Shown piece after piece: positions 25,441-35,299 of a DNA stretch of 64,000 nucleotides (position 1 is its first letter; every line of letters starts with the position of its first letter). The notes beneath the pieces are model-generated. The model worked only from the letters and a program-made list of their open reading frames with translations. It ran no database searches and had not been told where the DNA came from. The stretch lies in assembly GCF_001194135.2 (NCBI RefSeq), contig NC_068981.1, positions 126,989,097 through 127,053,096 on the forward strand, in the 5' to 3' direction. Position numbers and translations under genes: made by a program. Origin of the DNA: Octopus bimaculoides. Taxonomy: Eukaryota.

Positions 25441-26404
25441 CCCCCCCCCCCGTGCATGTATGTATGTATGTGTGTATATATATATGTACACACACATGTA
25501 CATTTGTTTTCTCGTCAGTAAGTTGTAAATGNNNNNNNNNNGTATGTATGTGTATATATATATGTACACACACATGTACATTTGTTTTCTCGTCAGTAAG
25601 TTGTAAATGAGTGACAAGCGGTTTTGTTTACTGTCTTCCGTGAAAACATGCCCAGCCAGGAGGATATACTACCTTACTTGAAAACAAGTGAGGGTTGGTG
25701 ACAGAAAGGGTATCTGGTCATAGAGAATCCACCTCAATGACCTCTGTATGTCCTATGGAAGCATGAATGCTAAAAAAAAATTATTGCAGTTAAATTCTAA
25801 CTAAATAAATCCACCTGAAATGAACTTGGGAAAGGCTTTCATTTCTTTGCTATTAATAAACCCTACATAGGTATTCGGCAATGAGGAAGTATCCATGTAG
25901 TTACTCAAATTACTAGAAATATCTAAATCACCTTCAAACTACTCTTAAAAACTACATCGTAAAAAAGAAAGGCGATACTGGACAATGTAGCCTGCCCTAT
26001 GTACACTATGCCTGGAATGACTGATCATAGGTTTGCTCAATCACGTTGAACTTCGGGTTACAGATAGAAACAAGTCAATAAGTCTAATTAATACTCTACA
26101 CAGTCACTTGGACAGCAGGAAATAACAGCCAAATCTCATTCAAATGTCTTAAAGTAAAAAAAAAAAAGAAAAAGAGTACACACCTGACAATATAGCCCGA
26201 TACAAAAAACAAAAAAACATGGGATAGTCATAAGACCTTTTTGATTATAGATATGATAGAGCTTTGAAGCTAAATGACTTACACAAAGCAAAATGGAGAT
26301 TTAAGAACAATGAACATGTCATAATTATTACTCTTATATTCTCTGATTTAAGATCCAAACTGCAAGAATTAGATTGAGCTACCACATACCTTTATCATAT
26401 GCAA

Positions 26405-26480
26405 TTAACCCTTTGCCTGTCCTGTGTATCATATGTGATACACAGGACACACTTTCCCGGCAAGCATGCATCATGATATA
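26405..26480 (+). mobile_element. piggyBac-like terminus with subterminal hairpin
   Basis: TTAA-CCCTTT start; perfect 14-bp stem TGTCCTGTGTATCA / TGATACACAGGACA at 26418-26449. Confidence 0.5.
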
Positions 26481-28639
26481 CAATTCCAATTTTTTTTTCA
26501 CTCACTGGAATAGCCATTTAGGATAGACTTATGGAAAATGCTTTGCTGTGTGGTAAGTAGCTTGCTTACCAACCACATGGTTCCGAGTTCAGTCCCACTG
26601 TGTGGCACCTTGGGCATCTTCTACTACAGCCTCGGGCCGACCAAAGCCTTGAGTGGATTTGGTAGATGGAAACTGAAAAAAGCCCGTTGTATATATGTAT
26701 ATATATATATATATGTATGTGTCTGTGTTTATGTCCCCGTAACTTAGTGGTTCGGCAAAAAGAGACCGATAGAATAAGTACTAGGCTTACAAAGAATAAG
26801 TCCTGAGGTCGATTTGCTCGACTAAAGGCGGTGCTCCAGCATGGCCACAGTCAAATGACTGAAACAAGTAAAAGTTAAAGGAATCCGATTGTATAGGCTG
26901 GCAATTTTAAAGACAAATCTATATATCTATATATCTGTAAAGAATTCAATCTTCTTTATCAGTATAAAGTGCTAACAAATAATTTCAAATCAACAGATTT
27001 TACAGTTCATTGAATACACTACATAAATTTAAACTGTTGAGTAATTTCATATACCTTCAAGAAAGGATGCTTTATTCTAATTAAAGACATTATCAATTGG
27101 TCTAAATTAATCATATTTAGATACATTCTTTTGTTACCTATACAGCACAGTAAATACTTCAGACAATTTTCAGGCATTCTCACAATTGAAATATAGTGAT
27201 ACAATTATACTGAGCTTAAATTCACCATTTGAATCAAATGCTTTCTTGCTTTATCTTGATTCCTTACCACTTGATGTTCAGTCTAAATTTGTGCCCATGT
27301 TTACATCTCCATGTGTTTACCTATGCGTTTTATATGTTCCTTTCATTCTTGAGTGTGTATGAATAGTATATGAATTAAAACCCTAAACTAAAAGTATATA
27401 TAAAATAATTTATTATACATTGAAATTATTATTACATGATGAAGGCTGCGAAACAGCTGTAATCCTAAGGATGACAAGTGGTTAAATAAATATATTCACC
27501 TCTCACACTGCATGACGCTTTATGGCGCATATATATATATATATATATATATATTATTTTTTCATTTAATGTTTTTTTTATTTATTTTATAAATGGATAT
27601 TTCCCTTAATACATTCTTCTTTGTGTAGCAAAAGACCAGAGTATTTGTAAGGAAGAAATTATTCATTTATAAGCATGCTTTGAAGAGAGAGAGAGAGAGA
27701 GAGAGAGAAAAAAAAGATAAACAAATGTAAAAAATTCAATGTGGTATTTACTTCAAATCATAGAAATTTTTTAAAAATCAAGCAAAAATGATGGCTGACT
27801 TAAAGAAGACAGTTTTGACCATAAAAAAAGACTGCAAAATGTTAAGTATATAAGTATGTACAAAATATGTGGCTATACTGTTTATAAAGTAAATAGCATA
27901 CATATGTGTATTTGTGGTGAATAGAAAGTCATTGTAGCATTGATATTAAAAGACAAAGATAAGTTTCCAGGAAACTGAATCTCACAACAGGCTTCATTTC
28001 ATTAAAATTGTTCATAAATTGTATGAAGTAATAAACATCACAGCATCTCACTGTTGTTTCTTTACGTATCTTAAATAATCTTATGCTTGTATAAAAAATA
28101 AAAAATTACTTTGAAGCCTAATATCCATTTTAGAGACAACTTAGATAAGTAGCATTTTAAAAATAAAAAGAATTCAAACATTTGAATAATTTGTTGAAGT
28201 ATTTTTTACATTTGACATCCTTATTACAACACTTAAGAGGTAATAGTTGTATATATTTTGAGCAAAGTAGTTGTATACTTTTGCCTGGCTATTTCAAATA
28301 TAGGGTTTTGCCTCTCCTTACTATAAGTTGGCTGAATGTACAACACAAAATTTCTCTACATATCTTGGTTGTCATCTCATCTGTGTGTTCAAAGTGCTTG
28401 AAACTAACCAAACAACTTCACAAATATCTTCTTCACTATTGCTTTTATGGACATTGGTTGTTAGTGCATTGGAGAGAATACTTGTAGCATTTGTTTCAGC
28501 TTTGTCCTGATTTAAAACCTCACCTACGTTAGCTTTGTCTTTTATCATTTCAGGGTCAATTAATGTTATCAGTTCAGGTAAATAGATTTTGGTAATATCT
28601 GTTTTGTTCAATTCTATATTTAAGAGATGAGGAATTATG

Positions 28640-28928
28640 TACATTAGACAGATATTTGTCCTCATCTTGTTTGTTGTTAACACAACGTTTCGGTTGATAT
28701 ACCCTCCAGTGTCTTGGGGAAATTTCGAACCTGGGTTCTCATTCCTAAGGTATTTTTCGATATAATTATTATTATTGTTGTTAGTGTTCAGGTCACTGCC
28801 CAGGATTGAGAACCCAGGTTCGAAATTTCCCCAAGACACCTGAAGAAGGCTGGAGGGTATATCAGCCGAAACGTTGTGTTAACAACAAACAAGATGAGGA
28901 CAAATATCCGTCGAACGTAAATAATGTA
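28640..28928. mobile_element. Penelope-like pLTR fragments in inverted arrangement
   Basis: 28640-28747 is the reverse complement of 28801-28916 apart from an 11-nt deletion; contains the CCTGAAGAAGG..CCGAAACGTT motif typical of PLE termini. Confidence 0.7.
28835..28880 (+). ncRNA. Type I hammerhead ribozyme motif (minimal, palindromic stem III)
   Basis: Stem I GACAC/GTGTT; core CTGAAGA 28840-28846; extra A; stem II GGCTG/CAGCC; GAAA 28868-28871; ACGT palindrome; predicted cleavage after GTT at 28875. Confidence 0.65.
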
Positions 28929-31737
28929 TTTGTTTTGTTTCTGTGCATTCTGAATTCAAGTCCTGCCCTCTGTTACCAGCAAAAATGGTGAAAGGCCTGT
29001 GAAAGTCCTTAAGCAAATGCTTAAGTATTCCAGTTGGATCAATCTCGAGGAGAAAGCAAGGAAATGGTCGAGTCCTTGGGTACTCGATGAATAAACAATT
29101 TTCATTAGTTAATTGTGAAGACTAGCATTGTTAACAGTCTTCACAGACTCACCTAAACTGAAAGACATTTTGATAAGATTAATATAAGTGATATTTAGTT
29201 TGAATTTAGACCAAGAGAAGAAAACATAGGGAAGGAAGGAATTCAACAGGATAGAAATGAGTATCTGGAAAGAAGGGATTAAGCACTCATTAACAATAGA
29301 AGTTTGGGAAGAGGGATACAATAAAATTGGTGGAAAGCCTGCTGAATTAAGTGGGTTTATGTTGTGGTACAGAAATGATGAATCCACCAAATGAAATTAT
29401 GGTGATGATGATAAAAAAAAAGTGAAAAGATATTGGACAAGACTGTAGAGTATAACTTGCTAATTTGGGATATATTCATATTTTAACATTTTACATGTGG
29501 TCAAACAGTACCAGTACATGGCAGGTAACCAATCCAAGATGTGCAAGGTGAGAAGAATTCTGAATAACTGAGACTTCATTAAAACCAGCAGATAAAGTCA
29601 AGTGTTAAGCTATATCATGATTATGAATTGCAGCGAATTAAATACTGATACTTCAAAATCTTTAATTTCATTACTATTACTCATTGTGTAGTCAATCTTC
29701 AAAATTTTGGGGTTTATTTACTCAACTCTAATATTTGCAATATTATTTCAAACTCTCTTTCTTTTTTATTTAATTAGTACAGAAAGTCTGAAAAGTACTT
29801 GGTACAGGTCTACCATTTTTCAAAGACCATTTCCACGAACAAAATGGTAAACACTAAATATTTTAATACTTGCCAATAATTCCCAATAAAAATAGCGACA
29901 GAATTATAATTCTTATAAAAATACCAACCACTTATAAAATATAGTTACTTTATTTACACTATATTACATGCATATTTTTGTATTAGGTTTATGTGTATGT
30001 ATGTAGGTATGCATATACATATACATTACACATTTGAGAATATTCGCTAGTTTGGGCATATTTGTATATATGTTAGTGGATATATTATACATTTATACAA
30101 TATATATAATGTATGCAAGAATATATACCTGACTTACACATGCTACATGCACACATACGCACCATCACATATACATGTGTAAATATATTAAAGATTTTAA
30201 GAGTTATAATAATAGTCAAAATGACAATTTCTAACATAGGCACAGAATCAGAAATTTGTGGAGAGGGAACAATTGATTATATCAACTCCAGCACTCGATG
30301 GTACTTATTTCATCAACCCCAAAAGGATAACAGGCAAAGTCAACCTTGATATATTTGAACAATATTTAATAGAGTTAATAATTTCTAATATTGTACATTG
30401 TTGTAAGATAAAAATTAATGTTAGAAAGGAAACGATGGCTTATACATTCAGCCACATTACTCTATATCACTGGCAATAGCTATTTACTGATTAAAATAAT
30501 GTGACCTACACATATAGCACCATGTGAGTCAGAAGACATTGGTAACAGCATTCTTTGATAGAATCATATAAGCACAATTACTCTGGAATTTTCTGGCTAA
30601 TCTTCTCTCTCTTTCTCAGGAGCATTTAAACAACTATTTTCTCCAATCATTATTTATTACAAAAGAAAAATTTCTTCTCAAATAATATCACTAGAGTAAA
30701 TTAATAAATTAAATCTTTGATATAAAAATGTTGAAAAAAAGTAAATTATTAGTAAAAATTTCCTTTCATATTGTAATAAATATAATTTCAATATGTGTAC
30801 AAATTTGTGCATATATGTATATACAGCAGTGAGCTGGATATAGTCCACATGAAATGGCTAACAACCAGTTCTCATTAAAAAAAAAGTTTTGCTAGAAACT
30901 GAAGAGTGACTCAAAAAAGTTGATCAGTTATGCCACACAGTCAACTGACTCCACCTACCTACACTACAAAAATTCAGTTGGCCCTTTGATGCTTTGAAAG
31001 TTTTAAGTTACTGTATTTGTAGCATAAATATCTCTATTTTAATGTTCAATTGCGAAAACGTAGTTCAAAAGTTATTTATGGTGATGAGAGTAAGGATATG
31101 CGTCAGTGTATGAATGCATGTAACTATGTATTGGGGAGTAATTGTCTGTTTGCATATGTTCCCACTACCACTTCTGCCAGCATTCCTCAGCCTCTATACT
31201 TCTATCTCACTCTCCTCCCTGCAATATTTTAGCAGGTCATCTTAACTGTAACACTGTTGTTTGATGTATTGTACCTGTCTTCCTAAAAAAACTTTCATGT
31301 CACTTTAACTGCATCTCCTTTTCTGATTGTTTGAAGGATGAATTTATCAGCCTAATGTTCAGCTTTTTTCACCTTCCTCTTTCATCAGCATACTTCCATG
31401 GCATTTTGTACTCTCATACCATCCATCTCCCCACTGAATCAATCAAGTTCAGTTTAGTTCAAATTTCCTCACTTTCAGACAAAGGGTAATCAACAAAACA
31501 GTATTGCTACAGTCCACACAGCAAAGAATTTCATAAATCTCAACCATATACCAATTGATTTTTTTGCTGATACAGACTGTTACCACATTCACCTGACACT
31601 GGATTACATCTCAATTTAATATTATATTGCTGAATTCAGAATTTTTGCCTAAAATTTTGGCTACTAAGTAAACTGGTTGTTAAAGTTTTGACAGCTAAGC
31701 AAACAAGTTGTTAAAAGTTTAGTAGCTCACCATTACA

Positions 31738-31775
31738 TACATACACACACACACACATAAATACATAATACACAC

Positions 31776-31812
<37 letters not shown>

Positions 31813-31857
31813 ACATTTATATATATATGTATATTTATATATATATTATATATATAT

Positions 31858-31888
<31 letters not shown>

Positions 31889-32329
31889 NNNNNNNNNNNN
31901 NNNNNNNNNNNNNNNNNNNNNNNNNNNNNNNNNNNNNNNNNNNNNNNNNNNNNNNNNNNNNNNNNNNNNNNNNNNNNNNNNNNNNNNNNNNNNNNNNNNN
32001 NNNNNNNNNNNNNNNNNNNNNNNNNNNNNNNNNNNNNNNNNNNNNNNNNNNNNNNNNNNNNNNNNNNNNNNNNNNNNNNNNNNNNNNNNNNNNNNNNNNN
32101 NNNNNNNNNNNNNNNNNNNNNNNNNNNNNNNNNNNNNNNNNNNNNNNNNNNNNNNNNNNNNNNNNNNNNNNNNNNNNNNNNNNNNNNNNNNNNNNNNNNN
32201 NNNNNNNNNNNNNNNNNNNNNNNNNNNNNNNNNNNNNNNNNNNNNNNNNNNNNNNNNNNNNNNNNNNNNNNNNNNNNNNNNNNNNNNNNNNNNNTATATA
32301 TATATATATATAGACACACACACACACAT
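31738..32329. repeat. (TA)n/(CA)n microsatellite spanning a gap, representative of many such tracts
   Basis: Directly visible; similar tracts near 4805, 10085, 18130, 27530, 55730, 59350 and 61510. Confidence 0.9.
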
Positions 32330-32641
32330 GTATGGTCATGTAATTTTAAATTCTAAATTTTAGATTGTTTCAAAATTTGTTTACTTTATTCAAAGATATT
32401 CTAACACTTAAAAGTTTATCTAGTTTCTCAGAATTTCATTTCATACTTGACATACAGTGTTGTTTCCTTTCAATTTCACAGATCAAACAATTTTATTTCA
32501 ATTGGTCAAGACAAAGTAAAAAAATATTAAGAAACAGCTTTCTTCATCAAATTTTTTTGCTGTTGTAATTGCATTGTTTTCTGGGTGGTTGTTTTTTTTT
32601 TTTGTACAGAAAGAAATTTGCATTTAAAAGAGAAATAATAT

Positions 32642-35268
32642 TTAAGATTCAGAAACAGAAGCATTGCTAGATTGTTGCTGTTGTTGATCACTTTGAAAAG
32701 TGTTTTCTGAAAAGGCCACTGACTGATTAGCATCAATTTTAGGTCGGGGTTTGACTGCATGACCTGCAACAACAGTATTACTACTAGTTACAATAGTCAA
32801 AGGTTTCGAAGAAGTAATTGCTTTGCCAGCAGTAGTTACAACAGAAGAATAATTAGAAGCAGAAGCTATGCCTAAACTTTGTCCAAAATTTGAAATACCC
32901 GTGGAACCATCTGCTGAGATACCTGCCAAAGATAGTTTCCGTAATTCAGCTTGCGTCCGCTGCCCTGAATCTATGTTCAGTAAAGCAGCAATAGTGTTTA
33001 GACGTGGACGAGTGGGTGCTGTTGATGTTGATACTGCTGCTGCTGCTGAAATGTGGCTGGCAGCAGTAGAACTGTGGCTTGTTGACTGAGTTAAGGCAGT
33101 ACTGCTAGGAAGAGAAACACTACTCAAAGACAACTTGTGAAGATTAAGTTCTTGGGTGGGAAGTGATGGGAGTATTGATGCAGATGTTGCAGCTTCTGTT
33201 GCTGAAGACACTAGCATGTGCTGCAGTAAAGAGTTATTGGTTGCAACAGTGCTGACAACATCTGACTGCTGAGGTGTACTCATGGCACTACTTGAATTCT
33301 TCACAGAAGAAAATCCTAATAGCTTTTTATGAACTAACTGACTCTCTTTGCTGGTAGACTGAGAGATGGCAGCTCTAACTGCAGACAAAGAGGTGTTAAC
33401 TAAATCTAACGTTTGTTTATCATCTTTCTCATTGAGTTTTCTTTGTGCATCAAATTGCTGCACAGATTGCATCGGTGTCTTTTGGAGGAGAAGTTGTGAA
33501 ATTTGGTTGGTTGCCAGAGAGTTTACACCTGACTGCGGAGTAGTAATTGTATGTGTACTAGATACAATATTAGTTCCTGAATCAGTTGAAACAGTTTGTA
33601 AAGTATTCCAATTAACTCCAGAATTATAAGAAATGGATGAAGGCAATGACATTTCAGTCCCTTTAACAAATGCTACATTTGATTTATCAGTGACACCTGA
33701 TGAAAGATGACTTATTGCATTGGCATCTTTTCGTCCAGCGATGGAAGTTAAAATCATTTGTGCTTTCTCAGCAATAGCAACTGAATAAGGTGGAGGAGGC
33801 TTTCCAATTATTGCTGACTTTGGCATCATATATGATTGTGTAACAGCAGGATCACCTATTGACCCTGCATGGGATTGGGAGAAACCCACTGGAACAGATG
33901 ATTGGACTTTTGGGACACTGGAGTATTGCTGGGCAAGGGATACAATGTCTCCTTCTGAATGTTGAGAAAAACGTTCTTGGTTCTGAAGTGATGACAATTC
34001 TCTGGATTGTATTAAAGATGACAATGTTTGCTTTTCTTGTTGTGTCAGACTACTAAGGTCAAATGATCGCACCATAGACGACAATGTCAAACGTTCCCGA
34101 GTGGATGAAGGCGAAGGTTCATTTGCCTCAGATGCATTTTGATGAGGCACTTGTTTAGAGCTAGTTAAATTATTAACACCCTGAACCATAGAGCTTAGAG
34201 TGAATCGCTCTTGCTGAGCAACAGAAGTTTCACCACTGGTTTGCAATAAGTTCTGAGATAAAGTTCTGCTTTGTGGAGTTAGTAAAGTACCACCTTGACT
34301 GAGTGAAGTTGCTGTGGCGGTGGCACCACTGGAAGATTGACCAGACACAGCGACACTTCTTAACTGGTTTGCATTCAATTCCATAATTGTCTGTGATGAT
34401 AAATCTACTTCGCTACCGCTCGTTAGAGAAGACTTTCGGGTCAAAATTGGTCCTGACGATCCCGTTTGTGGAGTGGTGGCCTGTGTAAAAATGGAAAGTT
34501 TGTAATCTGGTGAGGAAATCTTATTTTGAGAAATTCCAAGAGTTTGTGCAGTGAGTACATCATCCTTGCGCAGAAGTGAAGATTGCTGTGTGCCAGCTGG
34601 AGGAGACTGTGATATAGAGGTGACAGGTGACAGGGCAATATTAGAAGGATTAGTTGAAGGAACATGGCTTCTTGAAGATAACTGATTGTGAAGAGTAGCA
34701 GCGTTAACCTGAGCAATATTTTGAGCTGAGCTGATAGGAATCTGAGTGTTGTGAAACAGAGTTTGGGTGGTGGGAGACTGAGTTGGCTGCGATTGAGATG
34801 TAAGCAATTGGTTAGCCTGTGTGGTCAGAGAAAGGGATTTTAATAACTGGGGGTGATTTGCTTGGTTTGCACGGGCTTTGGCTGCCTGAAAATACTGGCT
34901 AAGGCTGGCTCGGTTCATTTGTGACAAAGCTGCTTGTAAAGCTGAAGGAGCTCCTCTTGGCTTTGCTAACTGAACTGAGGCTGTGGCACTCAGCTGCAAC
35001 TTACTAGTGGGCTCTTGAGATGGTGACTGACTAACAGCTTGCTGGGGGATTGTCTGACCCATTAAGGCCTGTGGAGATGATTGACTAATGACAGCCTGGG
35101 GTGAAGCCTGACTAGATGGAGTCTGTGGAGATGCTTGACCTACTGATGCTTGTGGGGAGGGTTGGCTAAGGACTGACTGTGGGGAGGCCTGGCTTACTTG
35201 TGACTGGGGTGAACTTTGCCCTATTGGGGTTTGGTTTCCTATCTGAGCTTGCTGCTGTTGCTGTTGTT

Positions 35269-35299
<31 letters not shown>

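Noticed and set aside
25453-25609. ~70-bp direct duplication
   Set aside because: Flanks a 10-N gap, typical of unmerged contig overlap.
19570-30690. Several AG-flanked mini-ORFs on + (near 19590, 19690, 22790, 28553, 30620) as downstream exons of the orphan 681-707 exon
   Set aside because: Short, phase-inconsistent or stop-containing, with no homology; expected by chance in AT-rich DNA.
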